A stretch of DNA of 64,000 nt from Eledone cirrhosa (taxonomy: Eukaryota). Both the position numbers and the translations under genes were made by a program. Shown one piece after another: positions 1 to 14,290 of this stretch. The notes under the pieces were generated by a model that did no database searches, was not told the DNA's origin, and saw nothing but the letters and a program-made list of their open reading frames with translations. The stretch is taken from contig OZ024743.1 in assembly GCA_964016885.1 (NCBI GenBank), positions 248,186,001-248,250,000 of the forward strand, in the 5' to 3' direction. Position 1 is the stretch's first letter. Every line of letters begins with the position of its first letter.

Positions 1-360
1 GCAGTGACTTCATCAAGGAAGGATCTGTATTTGGACTCCTTGTTTTGTGCATAAACTTGCACCACCCACAAAAACCTATCTTTCAGCCTAAGTTTCAAGA
101 AGCAAATCCTCCCTCCTAATGGGATACAGTCTATATCACATTCTAACAGCCGACAGCTTGTGAGTATCCCCACACTTGCCTGTGTAGTCATTTCTGGCGC
201 CGCACCTGAATAGTAGAGTTTCCATCTTCTATTATACAGTATCAGAGTCACAGAACTTTGTTGAGGAAACCCGACTATATCTAGCTGGTAGCATCTAGCA
301 TCCTCTACTAGTTCCTGCGCTTTATTTGTGATGTTCCAGGTTCAAATTGTCAAAATTTGC
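1..360 (-). mobile_element. Decayed RTE-type LINE, N-terminal APE endonuclease fragment
   Basis: Minus strand reads TWNITNKAQELVEDARCYQLDIVG...RWKLYYSGAA...SVGIL with frameshifts. Confidence 0.7.
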
Positions 361-419
361 TCACTTCTGAACCCTCTTTGGGGTTTCGGGATACGTAATC
401 TTATTAAATTTATGTTCTA

Positions 420-1510
420 GCAATAGACTCTCTATTATGAACACCTTCTTCCAGCAGAGAGACATCCATAAATCTACATGGTATAAGGGGAATTAGGGAC
501 AGAGACCAATAATTGATTTTGTTATTGTTTCTGATCTCTTCAATTCTGTGCTGGATGTTCGTGTTAAGAGGGGGGCTGAACTGTCAGCTGATCACCATCT
601 ATTTATCTGCAACTTGAGACTACCTAAAGCGAAAGTAGCCCACAAGGCTGACAGGACCAGGGCAACCTACAGGATAAAGTGGGAAGTGTTGGTGGATAAG
701 GAATTCAGGACCAGGTATGCAGATGGCAAATTCAGAGAACTCCCTGAGCAAACTGAGGTTGTTGAGACAGAGTGAAGATTGTTCAGCTCAGCAGTTTCTG
801 TTCCAGCTGTTATATGTGAAAGAGGCTTGGGATGCTACCGGATGGCAAGAGCATCCTTTGGTTCAATCAAGAGGTCAAAGATGCCATATGCGCAAAGAAG
901 GAGGTCTAAAAAGCTTGATTTGGAAATAAGTCCTCCTACTTGCACTTGTGGTACAAGTAGGAATTAAGAGTTGCAGCAGAGACAGTAAAGGTGTCCAAAG
1001 TTAAGACATGGGAGGACTTTAGGATTAAGCTGGAATCCGACTTCAGATCAGCAAATAAAGTGTTCTGGCAGACCATCCGTTAACTTCGCAATAAGAAGTC
1101 CTCCTCCACACCTGCTATCAGGAATGTATCTGGGGTTCTCCTCTCTTCAGAGAGGTGCATCCTCATAAGGTGGAGAGAAACCCGATCACAACATCCTCCT
1201 CTGATGTACATGAGTTGCATCTGGGAGCAGTGACTAATCTCTCAGAAGCTGAGGTTACAAGAGCAGTTAAAGAGCTCAAATGTAGCAAGGCCACTGGGAA
1301 GATAAAATCTGGCCCAAGATGTTAAAAGCCTTAAATAAAGATGGTATTCTCTGGCTGACTTGTATGTGCCAGGTGGCCTGGATCTCTGGAAAGGCTACTA
1401 AGCAATGGCAATGGTTGCTTCTGACAGGATCCATTGGAAGGAGTATTTGAGGACTCTTCCCCCACGACCCTCTCAGGAATAAGTGGTCGAAGAAGGAGGA
1501 AGAGAAGAAA
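420..1510 (+). mobile_element. Decayed RTE-type LINE (endonuclease C-terminus, internal deletion, 3' end)
   Basis: IMNTFFQQRDIHKSTW...IDFVIVS...LDVRVKRGAELSADHHL. The 3' end ccctctcaggaataagtgg..gaagaa is shared with 4727-4770. Confidence 0.8.
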
Positions 1511-2713
1511 AAGAGTAGTAGTAGTAATAGTAGTATCACCACCACCGGTATAGTGTTGGTGGATTGGCAGAATTGTTAAAGCTCTAGACAGAATGCTTTG
1601 TGGTATATATTCTGGCTTTGTGTTTTCTGAGTTCAGACCTACTGTCAATGGAAAAAGGGGAATGCTTTTGCCTAGAGTATCAGTAATAGAAATACTAATG
1701 GCAACATAGGTTCCTTGTCCCAATTTGACAATCAGCTTCTTTCTTTTTCTTCTAAGAAGCTGCTGTTGTTATCCAAATATCAGGCCATTACATCAGTAAA
1801 CACAATAATTAATAATTTTATCCAACTTTTAGTAACTTGTGTAGCCTGTAACTTGTGCATAACTTCCTGCTTACTTCTCCAACAATGTTCTGTAAATCGT
1901 AACTGTCTTTGAGCAATTGTAGTTGTTATCTTGGGAAAGTTTCCTATAAACTTTCCTTTGCAATATGTTGACGCCAGTTTGTTTTGTTCAACCCTAAGCA
2001 TTTTAGTGTAGCCATAGGCAAGCTACTATTATGGGAACCAGCTCACAGGAGATGCAGTAGAGGAAGACCTGCTTGAACATTCATTGATCAAACTCTCAGA
2101 CGATAAAAACCTCAGTAAGGAGTAGTTGCCAAGAACAATGTAAAATCATCAATTGTGGAGAGATTTTCTCAGGCATATTTGACCATGGATTCTGTGATGA
2201 TCACAATTTTAAATATTGATTTTTTAAAAAACATTTTATTGAAACACATAAACGTTATATCAATACAAGCTTGTGGTGGTGTTTGTTTATGTGTCATGTA
2301 AACAATATGTCCTCTGCAGCTTATATACTAAACTTTAAAGATAAAGTATGGGTGGGTATCAGGAAGTGCTTTAGAAATACTGCCTTGGAATGCCTCATTC
2401 AGCTCATGCCAGTATGGACAAGCAGACATAAAAATGATGAAATATGGACACAATTTTTTGAGACATTTTTTTTTCTAGTGTGCATTAAATAGCTGCTTAT
2501 AACATATTTACTTGATCTTCTTAATATAGCAGCTAACTCCTCCCTGAACAATTTTCCTATTGTTTTCAAAATGAGAAACATGTAACAATGCTTGGTAAAA
2601 ATGTAATCAAGAAATGGTAAAATAAAATTCAGGTTACTGATTCAAAGGTTATTACTCACATCACCCTTTTGACACCAAACCACTCCTTCTACTACAGTAG
2701 AAAATAGTTTATT

Positions 2714-2938
2714 TTAACCCTTTAGCATTTAAACTGGCTTTATCCAGAATTCTCTCTCCTCTTTCTGTTCAAACCAGCCGTAACTGGCCACTCATACTGA
2801 TGTTAAGGTATTGTTCTCAAAATAAATGATATCAAAATCTCATAGATTTGATATTATGTTAGATAATTACGTGAGGTAAAGCCTTTACTGTGACAATACA
2901 AAAGAAAATATACAGTAATGTAAATGCTAAAGGGTTAA
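2714..2938. mobile_element. piggyBac-like MITE (family B) nested in a family A MITE (about 2663-3131)
   Basis: TTAA|CCCTTTAGCATTTA ... TAAATGCTAAAGGG|TTAA: 14-bp TIR with TTAA target duplication. Confidence 0.8.
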
Positions 2939-3719
2939 AGTATTTATATTTATCTAATAATCTTCCATCATAATTTTATGTAAGAACCTTTGTTATGTTC
3001 TAAACACCTAATTAATAATGAGAAAGTTAGTTATGTTACTAAATCTCTCCAAGTTCTTCATTATTTTCTATAAACATTTTACAATTAATAGAAACAGTCA
3101 GTTTCAGGAGAGTTGGTATCAAAAGAGTTGACATAATCTGAGTCTATCTTTGTAGAACCTCTTTATATAGAATGCACCTGTTAAAATATTATCCTATATA
3201 TTATTTTATTAATTACTTGTGGAATCTATGTGCCAGTCTGTATCTGTGCAGGTGTAAATGATTTACTTACCACTGTAGTCAGTGTTGTGTTTGTTGGAAA
3301 TGTTACTTAAAATTTATAAAAATAGCTGAAATGCTAAAGAAGCTTGACAGCCTACTTTTTCATGGTCTGATTATGTCAGTCTGCTTGTTTTGTGAAAGTG
3401 TGTGGCCAAGTAGTTACAGTGTTGGGCTCATGATCATAAGATTGTGGGCTGGTTTGATTCCTAGACTGAGTGACGTGTTGTGTCCTAGAGCAAGGCTCTT
3501 CATTTCACACTGCTCAAGTTCACGCAACTGAAAATGAGTACCAGCAGCTGCTGCTGAGTTCAAATCTCACTGAGATCAGTGGATTGGCAGTAGAGTTTGG
3601 ATGCCAAATGAAAATGCCTTGTAGTATGTCTCCTGGTATTTTGCATTCTGAGTTCAAATTCTTGGCAGAGCTGTTCTGCTTGAGAACAAGTCACAGGTGG
3701 CAGATAGCACATGCTCACC

Positions 3720-4775
3720 AGATATGATGGTTTGTGATATTCTTGTTTCATAGTCTTTGAAAAGGCACATGTCTGTGTTCTACAGGACCTGTTTTGGAAG
3801 GTTCTGGAGGGATTGATGGACAGCTTCTTGATGCCCTGATCTTTTTATACAAATCCTGGAGATTTTGTGTTCAGATAAATGGTGCTAAATTGAAACTGTT
3901 CGATGTGGGAGTTGGACTCTGTCAAGGGTGTGTACTGTCACCTCTCTTGTTCATTATTTTCATGAACAGGATTGACATGTGCAGCAGAGTTGGAAGTGGT
4001 ATCATGGCTGGAATTTGCAGATGATATGGTATTACTTAACTCATCAGAAGGTGATCTCCAACATGCACTTGATAGGTCTGCTGCCAAGTGCTGCATGGCT
4101 AGAATGAAAATCAGTGCTGTGAAGACTTGAGACACTCATTCACTCAAGGTAGCTTGTGCTGTGCACTCTGCATGCGTGTGGACTTCCATGTATCTCGGGG
4201 TCATTTTCATAAGTGATGGAAGGCAGGAGGCTGAACTATGTGCAAAAAATATACCAGCTTCAATATTCGGTCATCAGAAGAAGAGAGGTAGGTGAAAAAG
4301 CCAAACTTGCTATCTTCAATTCAGTATTCTTACTAACCCTTACCTATGATCATGAATCTTAGGTAATGACCAAAAGAATACGATCGCAAATAGAAGCGGC
4401 TGAAATGGGGTTCTTCTGACTGATCTTTGGAGTAATGTTACTTGATTGAGTGCATAGCTTGTAGAATTGCTACTTCTCCGAATTGAGAGATCACAGTTCC
4501 AATACTATGGGCATGTGGTTAGAATGTCTCAGGAAAGATTCATTGGACAGATTTTATGGGTAAAACCAACTGGCATGAGACTATGGGTAAAACCAACAGG
4601 CATAGACTCTGAGCAGGCTAGTTGGACAATATGATTTCAGCTGGTCTCGCTTGGAGATCAAGTCAGATTGATTGGAAACAGTTACTTCTGACAGAACCAA
4701 ATGGAAGGTGTGCTTGAGGACTCTGCCCCCCAATCCTCTCAGGAATAAGTGGGTGAAGAAAAGGAAGATTATGAA
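3720..4775 (+). mobile_element. Decayed RTE-type LINE, reverse transcriptase to 3' end
   Basis: GVGLCQGCVLSPLLFIIFMNRID RT motif and many stops. A minus-strand copy of the same family lies at about 20320-20700. Confidence 0.8.
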
Positions 4776-6876
4776 GAAAAGTTCAAATTCCTCTGTGGCC
4801 TACTTGGGTAGTAGGCATATTCTGTTGCTTCGTTTAACACCACACCTAACCATTAGTTGCCTTTAGCAGAGTCCACTCTATTGTAATCATTCATGTCTGT
4901 TATTTAGTTTGAAAATAATTTCCTCCCTTTCATCTTGCAGTGGTTGGGGGTTGATCCTCAAAATGGTCTTGGGTTTTGCTCTTTTCTCACACTCTTTAAA
5001 TTTGTAGAATACTTGCTAAACAAAGGGTAGAGAAGACTCTTCAATTGTCTCAAAGACATGATGAACTTCCTAGTGCTAAGGCTATGATAAAATGTACTCG
5101 ATTCACTTTGTAGAGTGCAGGAATGTATATAAGAGATCAGTGGCTCCGATTGAGTGCTGTTCAGTGATGATGATGATGGTGATATATTCAGATTTAAAAA
5201 AAAATTAAGTTAGTGAAAAGAGAAAAAGCAGTACGTATGACTTTTGCCAGTCCTTTAAGGTTTGTGAGAGTGGTGTGCTTGATATTAAGTTTGAACATCT
5301 GTTGGTTGATGTGTACTGTAATATTGTGTGAGGAAGATTGGTAAAAATGCAAGATCTAGAGGCTGATACACAGAAGGTATGACTGTTCAAAAAGTAATGT
5401 ATGTGATGTATAGGACTACATGGAAGAGGTGCACAGTTCTATACTATCCTACACTATCACCAACCTTTTCTCCTTAGAATATCATCCCACTGCAATTCCA
5501 CCCTCACCCACGTTTTTCCTGCAGACATTCTCATATAGATGCCTAAAAGAAACATAATCTACATCAATATTATCTGACTTAGAGGGCTTGCAAATGTCAT
5601 GAAGCAAAGCAAACCCTGAGTAAGATATAAAACTCACCCAAGGTCAACTTTGCTTTCTATCCCCAAAAGTTGATAAAAGAATGATTTCTAACTAGGGCAC
5701 AAAGCCAGCAATTTGAAGTGGGGGTGGGGTGGGGGTTGATTAAATTGACCCAAGTACTTGACTGGTACTTTATTTTATCGATCCCAGAAGGATGAAAGGT
5801 AAAGTTGATTTCGTAGGATTTGAACTTAGAATGTAAAGGAGCATAACTAAATGTTATAATGCATTTTGTCTAACACTAATGATTCTGTCAATCCACCAAA
5901 GTTGATAAAATAATACCAAAGATACTAAAGTTTTTTATTGTTATGCCATGCTTTCTTCACTTGTTCCTTCTCTTAACATTGCTAATTGAGTAACTCATAT
6001 TTCTAATTCTTAAATTTTTAAACTCTTTTATGACCATATTTTCATGAAATGCATTCAATTTCATGAATTAATGAAGAATTTTGAAATAGTAACTTAATAT
6101 ATAGTTCTCATGCGGTAATATTTTAATCTAAATAGGGACCCTTTTAAATTGGTGGTTTTGTTTCATAGAACCAAAGCTGGTAATGAAATGGTTAAATCTT
6201 CTGCTGATTGTTTTCTGATTTCAAGGGCAGCATCTCATTAGATTTTCTTTCTTTTTTTTTCTTTTTCTTTTGTAAGTCTCAACAAATTATGTGGTTGTCT
6301 ATGACTTCCTATACTGCTGGTTACTTGCCATCTTGTTGGGAGTGACTTCCAATAAAAGGGAAATCTTCACTTCCACCTCAAAACCAAAACACACTACTTT
6401 TATATGTGACAAATCTGGAAGGATGACAAATCTGTCTTAGGAAATATTTGTAAATGATCTGATATTTATGCCTGATATGAAATGAGGTATGTAAATGAAG
6501 TATATTGTCAAAAAAATGGAATAAATTCAGATTTGAAACAAAGACCTTTGAGCTGGTAATATTCTGTGCATCCAGCTTACACCATATGTTGTAAGAGGTG
6601 ACTATAAGGGTTGGCACCAGGAAGGGCATCCAGCTGTAAAACGTTGCCTCAAAAAGAACCCCATGATGAGTGTGAAGCTTATCATGGGGTCTGCAAAGTT
6701 AACTCCTACTTTAGTATGGAAAATGGCTTTAAAATTCTTGTACATTTCAACTGGTAGTCTCGTTGCCATATTTACTTGAAAATTTCATTTCTTTGAAAAT
6801 GTGTAATAATATTACACATTTATTTTCTTTCAAGGATGTTTGTTTTTCATACATGCTTGTTATATTATTTTTCAGA

Positions 6877-7085
6877 ATGCAGGAACTCTTTGCTCTGGTG
6901 CTCAATGAGAAAGATTTATCAAAGGCTGGAGAGCTTTTCTCTCTTGATGACAAAGACATCCAGCATGATTTAACTGAAGTACTGGAACGCATATGTCAAA
7001 TTGTTGATAGTTATGACTATGTGAGCAGCAGTAATGACCAGAGTGTTGTAGAAATATGTGTTACAAGAGTGACATCAGCTATCAG
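6877..7085 (+). CDS. VEPH1: melted/VEPH1 ortholog, coding exon 1 (start codon)
   Basis: ttttcag|aATG acceptor just before the ATG. MQELFALVLNEKDLSKAGELFSLDD...NDQSVVEICVTRVTSAIR matches the recalled N-terminus of VEPH1/Melted. Donor AG|gtaaac, phase 2. Confidence 0.95.
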
Positions 7086-9449
7086 GTAAACATTCTTCAT
7101 AATACAGTAAATATGAAATTGTCTATTTTTTAATCCGGTTTAATGATTCTGAGATTCTGTGAGATATGGTGTCTTTTATTATAAATTTATTATGTTTTCT
7201 TTTCATCATTTAACATTTGTTTTCCTTACTAACAAGGTTGGATGGGTCATTACAAACCAAGTAAGTATTTAATTAGAGCTACTGACCTCGCAGATGGGCC
7301 AGGGGTTTCATCTTGCTTTACATACATTCCCGCACTATAGTATGCACTGGGTGCATTTTATCATGGCATGTTTTCTAAGGCTGGATGCCTTTCCTATTAC
7401 AAATCACTTTATGTTTTATCATGTTACAAACACTAGTGAGGTTGTTGTGCCCTTGACACAACTGAAGAGTCCTCTCAACCCTGTTTTGTAGAGTTTCTAC
7501 AGCTGGATGCCCTCCTACTGCCAACTACCTACGGTATATTGGATGCAAATAAATTCTCTCTCTAAAACAAATTTTGTTTTGTATAATGTCTTATTAAAAT
7601 TAGGGTGGTAAGGTATTGACTGTAAAATATAAAAATGGATTCTGTGGGTTTTGGAAAATCATATAAGGGTTTTGTGACTAAATAAGTTTGGGATCCATTA
7701 CCATGGAAAATTGGGTATAAACTAAATTAAAAGATAAATCAATGAAAATAAAGATTTTAGGGCACCATTTTTATACTGTATTGGTATTTGCTGTGAACTA
7801 CATTAAAGGTAGAGCAATTTCTCATTGGCCCATCATTTTTTGTTTTAATACTTTGTCAGTGATTTCATCATTATTGTCATCATCAAGATTAGCTGAATGA
7901 CATTAAATCAATGATGATGCACAAAAATAACACAAAACTTGTAATTGTTATTTTATAATACTTGTATATTAAGAATGAAACATGTTTGGAGATGTCACTG
8001 TGTCTACTAGAGATTAAACTAGTGTTTCCAAACCTTTTCGCTACCAAGGGACCTGTTTATTTTAATTTTCCCACATCCCAGGCTTTTAGAATTGATGTGT
8101 ACTATAGCTGACAGACACACAGTACTACCTTTGTAAACTAAAGACTGGGAACTACTAGATTGGACTATCCTTTCCCTCAGCACCTATTTCCATTTATAAT
8201 TACAGAGTTGTACATGATTGACAACTTACATGGTTTGAGATCGCGTATTGAAGTTGAAGCAATTACATCACGGAAGAATCACCTTAGCCATTTAGAAAAC
8301 ATGAAAAACTAACATATTCACTTTTAATTTATTTCGTGGTCTCTAAATTTTCATCACACACCCAATCACTGACACAGTTCCACTGTCAGTGACCAAGTCA
8401 GAAGAAGTGCAATGAACATTTTGACATGACAAAGTAAATGATAAATATAAGTGAATTTAACAATTTCTATCTTTTAATAACTAAAGTGACTATGCTACAA
8501 TGTAATTGCAATTTTAATTAATTGTGTGTCAACTCATTTTCATGACTTAAAATTTTTGTCTTATTTGGTGCTGTTCTAAGGCTGGATGCCCTACATATCA
8601 CAAACCACTTTACAAAGTGTACTGGGTGTCTTTTATTGTGTCTTATAGTGTCACCAACACTAGAGAGGTTGTTGTGCCCTTGACACACCTGAAAGTTCTC
8701 TTATCACCAACTATCTAACAGGATGTACTACGTGCAAATAGATTTTCTTTCTAAATTCTGTCACCACTACTTTGTTCTGTTTGGTTTTGTTATATATTAT
8801 TTAATGCACTGACTACATTAAGTTTGTCAGTAACTTACTTCACCATGACTTCCATAGTTTACTTACATTTTTATCTTCTTTTTTTTTTATATTTAAATTA
8901 ATTGCTTAAACAGATTAAGTACTCATAGTTGCAAGCATATTGTTTTGGGTTTGATCTTACTACATGGCACTTTAGTCAAGTATAGCCTCAGGGTGATGAA
9001 TGTCTTGTGAGTGAAATTGGTAGATGGAACTGTGCAGAAATTCATAGTATATGTGGGTGGGTATCTTTGTATTGACATTGCTTGGGTAGTAAGTAGTGTT
9101 TGTTTATATCCTGCATAAGCTGATTGATGTGTGAAGTTCAGTGGATCAAGGATCTTGCTTGAAAAAAAAACTAAAGTTTGGCATCAGAAGTGGCTTCCAG
9201 CCATAGAATACTGTCTTTAAAAGTCTCATCCAATCCATTACTAGATGTAAAAACAATGATAATGCTGAATTCACTATATGAAATAAATTACAATCATCAA
9301 ATTTCAGAAAGCAAGAATTCTAAAACTAATGTAAAACATGACATTCTAGAAAAATAAAACTTTAATAAAAGTTTATAAAATATGAAAAAAATTGCATATT
9401 TCTAAGTCACAGATTTCCAAACTGATTGTCATAAAACATTAGTGTTTAT

Positions 9450-10224
9450 CTAATAATCTCTAGGCCTGTTGCAATAGTATGTCACAAATAATCTCTAGAT
9501 GTGTTGTGATACTTTAGTGTGTTACCAATAATCTCTAGGTGTGATGTGGCACACTAATGTGTCATCAATAATCTCTTGGTGTGTCACAACACTTTCGTGT
9601 GTCACCAATAATTTCTAGTTGTGTTGTGACACTTTGAAGTGTCAACAAATAATCTCTAGTTGTGTCTCAACACTATATTGTGCTACGAATAATCTCTAGT
9701 TGTGTCAGAACACTATATTGTACCACCAATAATTTCTAGTTGTGTCTCAACACTATATTGTACCACCAATAATCTCTAGTTGTGTCTCAACACTATATTG
9801 TACCACCAATAATCTCTAGTTGTGTCTCAACACTATATTGTACCACCAATAATCTCTAGTTGTGTCTCAACACTATATTGTACCACAAATAATTTCTAGT
9901 TGTGTCTCAACACTATATTGTACAACCAATAATCTCTAGTTGTGTCTCAACACTATATTGTACCACCAATAATCTCTAGTTGTGTCTCAACACTATATTG
10001 TACCACCAATAATCTCTAGTTGTGTCTCAACACTATATTGTACCACCAATAATCTCTAGTTGTGTCAGAACACTATATTGTACCACCAATAATCTCTAGT
10101 TGTGTCAGAACACTATATTGTACCACCAATAATTTCTAGTTGTGTCTCAACACTATATTGTACCACCAATAATTTCTAGTTGTGTCTCAACACTATACTG
10201 CACCACCAATAACCTCTAGTTGTG
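9450..10224. repeat. 40-bp minisatellite, about 19 units
   Basis: Unit ccaataatctctagttgtgtctcaacactatattgtacca. Units are homogeneous at 9700-10200 and diverged at the 5' end; there are no unique spacers. Confidence 0.95.
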
Positions 10225-10764
10225 ACATGAAATTGAGTCAAATCTAATCAATTTTTACAAATATTTGGCTGTGAAGTATATTTGAGATATGACAACTCTG
10301 TGTACATACCAAATTAGTGTTAGTCTCATTTTGGCAGGTTATTTTTTTGCTGGAATCCCCTCCTATCACCAACCACTTTCAGTATGGACTGGGTGCATTA
10401 TTCATGCTGCCAGCCCTAGATAGGTTGTTTTTTTGGACTCAAGGGTCCTCTCCATCCTGTATCAGTTCTTATTTGGAGTGTCTACTCTCCCACAGAGGTT
10501 GCCTTCACTACGGCTTGTGGAATCCACGTCTGCCCATGCAGTCATTTTTAATTGGAGTCACTGCTCTCTTAGATGGGTTACCTTCACTACGGCTTGTGGA
10601 GTCCACATCAGCCCTGGGGTGGGGTGTGGGGGTGTGTGTGTGTGTGTTTACAATTGGCATTTCTCTCATCCTAGACACTCTGCTGTCTCAATAAATTTGT
10701 ATATATATATATCTATATCTAACCCATGCTACCATGGAAGATAGACGTTAAACGAAGATGATGA

Positions 10765-10804
<40 letters not shown>

Positions 10805-10808
<4 letters not shown>

Positions 10809-11286
10809 ATTGTAATACCTAGTTACTGTAGGTTCACCAGAGTGAGCACTCAATGCATAGTTTCCAGTAAGTATAGAGGTGTAGTACTAAGCAGAGTATA
10901 AAAATAATAATAATAAAAAGGATGATTTGTTATGTCTTCATTACGTTTATTGAGTAGAGATGCGTGTTTCACTATTGATAAGCTCAAGGTTCGATCCGTA
11001 TCGATCTAGCCCGACTCTGGAATCAAAAGCTCGTCGGACTTCTGTTGTGGTAACCTTTTTATTATTATTGATCAGCTATTTTGTTATTATTGATCAGCTA
11101 TTTTATTATTATTGATCAGCTATTTTATTATTATTGATCAGCTATGTAGTAATTACTACAAGAGAAGTCCGATGAGCTTTTGATATCAGAGTCGGGCTAG
11201 ATCGATACAGATCAAACCTTGAGCTGATCAATAGCAAAATGCGTGTCACTACTCAATAAATGTAATGAAGACATAACAAATTGTCC

Positions 11287-11325
<39 letters not shown>
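10805..11325 (-). mobile_element. Penelope-like terminal repeat with inverted partial copy, in VEPH1 intron 1
   Basis: About 150-bp inverted arms (about 10903-11052 and 11153-11300) next to (TA)n. Shares ttatactctgct and atg(c/t)attgagt with the 56262-56460 element; degenerate hammerhead-like cores. Confidence 0.65.
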
Positions 11326-11327
<2 letters not shown>

Positions 11328-13059
11328 CATGCAAGTGTGGAAGATGGACGTTAAACGATGATGATGATGATATATATACATTTAGATTATGAAATAGAAA
11401 AGAAAAAGACATGTCTGATGTGTGATATGATATTGAATTGTTAATTTCTTAATTTAGTTAATTTTGTATTGCTAACAAAACATAATTATGTCATGAAAAA
11501 CTATATTTTTAAAAAGTGTGTTGTCAGTGTGAAAAGTTTGGAAAGCTGTGTTCTTGGTAGTCTATAAAGTTGACATTATTTTTTCTTTGTTTATCAATGT
11601 GATTAAATAAAAGAGGACAGATTAAGCAAGCAGGCTGTGTGGGAATAGTTTGTGGCAAGGGTCAGTTCAGAAAATTCACGACTGCCAATCATTAGCTTAT
11701 TCATGAACTCAAAATAGATTACACATGGCCTTAGCTGATCAAGGCTAAGAATGTAAATACATTGCTACTTCATAGCTTATATTTACTTGTGTCTAGATAG
11801 ATTTACAGGTCCACTTATGACTCACAATTACTAAAAACAGGAACACAACCTTCTATAGTTATTTGTTATTTTATATGACTAATTTATGATTATATTAGTT
11901 GGGTTATCTTTGAACTTTTCCTAGTCAATCCTATCATAAAAACCTTATCAACAAGGGAACATGTCACTACTTACAGCAAACATCTAACAACACTGATAAT
12001 GTTTGGAAAGCATTTGTTTGTCTTCTGTTACTGACTTTGCAGTTTTACAAACTTTAATTAGAACAACACTGATTGTGTTTCAAAATTATTCTTATTTGAA
12101 AATTTTAATTATATTTAATGTAACAATGTATGGGCTAGTGGTTAAAGTGTTGGACTTATAATGATAGTCGTAGGTTTGATTCCTGGATCAAGCAGCACAT
12201 TGTGTTCTTGAGGAAGACACTTCATTTCATGATAGGACTGGAGCCCTTAGCATCAAAACACATGACAAGAGAAACCTCCTATGAAATACAACCTTGCAGG
12301 AAGCCAGCTAAGCCTACATAAATGGGAGCTGTCTAGTTTTTAGTAAAACATAATATAGATATAATTATTGTTTTTGAATTAGGAGCCTTCACTGTGCATC
12401 ATCATTATTATCATCATCATCATCGTTTAACATCCATTTTCCATGCTAGTATGGGTAGGACGGGTTGACCCTTTGGGAGGGAATCAGATCAGAGGACCAT
12501 GTTTTGCTCACTCTGAGTTGATTTTGGCTTGGTTTCTACAGCTGGATGCCCTTCCTAATGCCAACCACATTTACAATGTGTGCTGGGCACTTTTTGCCGT
12601 GTCATCTGTATGACCACATTACAGTGTGGACTGGGCACTTTTTGTGTCACTGACATGACCACTTTACAGTGTGGACTGGGCGCTTTTATCTTGACACTTG
12701 GGGTGGGGGCACTAGAGAGGGAGAGAGGGAGGAAGCTTGGGGAAATAACGGATGTAGGTAATAGGGGAGGGATGGTTACCGCAAAAGGAGGTGTATGGGA
12801 GGGGAGAAGGTAGAGGAAGGTGTTGCCTATTAGATATATGTCTCAGCTCAAGCATATGGGAGGGCGGGTCTTCTGTAGTACTGCATAGCGCCAGAGGTCA
12901 CGGTCCTGTGTCATTGCCTTGGTGAGGTGTAATTGTGCAAAGTCAGCTTTTATTACCTCATCCCAAGTCTTCCTGTGCAATGAATAAAATACAACAACAA
13001 ATGTTTTGAAACCATCTTCCCTGCTAGAGCAAGGGTTAGCTTCGCTGGCCCCAAGTTCC

Positions 13060-14290
13060 TCCATCATCTGCATCTCTCTTCATTTCCTCCATTATCTTTA
13101 ACCATGTCTTTCTTGGTCTTCTCCTTCCTCTACTTCAACATTCATTTCCATCACTCCTCTCACCCAGTCACTTTCATCCTTCCTCAACAAATGATCCAAC
13201 CATCTCATTCTTAACATTTTTCACTGGTTCTATTCCTATCATCCTTTGTAATTAATTGTTTGTCTTCCTCTCTCTCAGCAATACTCCACTCATCCATACC
13301 AGATCATTCTCATTTCTGTTATTTCCAGCCTTCTCTGTTGCTCCATGTTCAACACCTATGCCTTGCTCCCATTATGTCACTTCTCACAGATGCAGCAGAC
13401 ATCTTTCCCTTCAGTTTCACTGACATTTCCCTCTCACTGCTTCATCCATGTACATCTCATTTTAGATAATTGTTTCTACTTTTGGCACAAGGCCAGCAAT
13501 TACCCAATACATTACTGGTACTTTATTTTATCGACCCCATAATGATGAAAGGCAAAGTTAACCTCGGCGGGATTTGAACTCAAACCATAAAGGGCCGTAA
13601 CTCTTTGCTACAAATCATAGCGTCAGACCCTCTACCGATACTGCCAATCCACCCTTCATTTTAGATAATGTCACAGAGTTTGATCTACTCTCTCCATTCT
13701 ATATGTCTCCAAGGTTATAAAACTTTTTCAAACCTTCATACCATTCCCTCAACATACCCTTTATCTGTAGCTCTTTCCATACACATTTTACACTTAAATG
13801 TAGCTGGCACAATATTTAATAATCCTTTCCCACCACTACGTTTTTGATGTACCCACCCAGTACATATCATACTTTAATGGAGTTCATTTCAACACCCTTT
13901 CTGCATACTACACACATCCATCTTTCTGTTCTTTCTATCTCATCAAAGGCTTTACCATTTGCCATCACCTTCATACTTTTAGTTTCCATACATTCCTTTC
14001 ACTTATTCATCTTCTCCTGTAGTCTATCCATACTCTTTGTTATTAACACCAGAAACACCAGATCATCTGTATACAGCAACCCTGCTTTACACTTTGGGCC
14101 AGTACCTACATCACAACTGCAAATAGTAGTGAGCTTAATACTGATCCCTGATGCATTTAACTCTTTGCTTCAAACTTGTTACTGTTCCTGTCCTTCAGTC
14201 TTATGACTCTGTATGCTTTCTCATACATTGTCATCACACCCTTCCTGGTGTGGACTCTTTTATTCACTTCCTACATCATGCTAAATATAA
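13060..14290 (-). mobile_element. Old RTE-type LINE RT remnant interrupted by a SINE (about 13465-13665)
   Basis: Minus strand HQGSVLSSLLFAVVM and LLYTDDLV motifs. The SINE is flanked by a tcattttagataat duplication. Confidence 0.7.

Noticed and set aside
6763-6876. Upstream extension of the VEPH1 ORF in the ORF track
   Set aside because: Intronic polypyrimidine tract ending in an AG acceptor; family similarity starts at ATG 6877. The 5' UTR exon and promoter were not identified.
9450-10224. CRISPR-like regular array
   Set aside because: Whole 40-bp units repeat with no unique spacers, there are no cas genes, and the context is a eukaryotic intron. It is a minisatellite.
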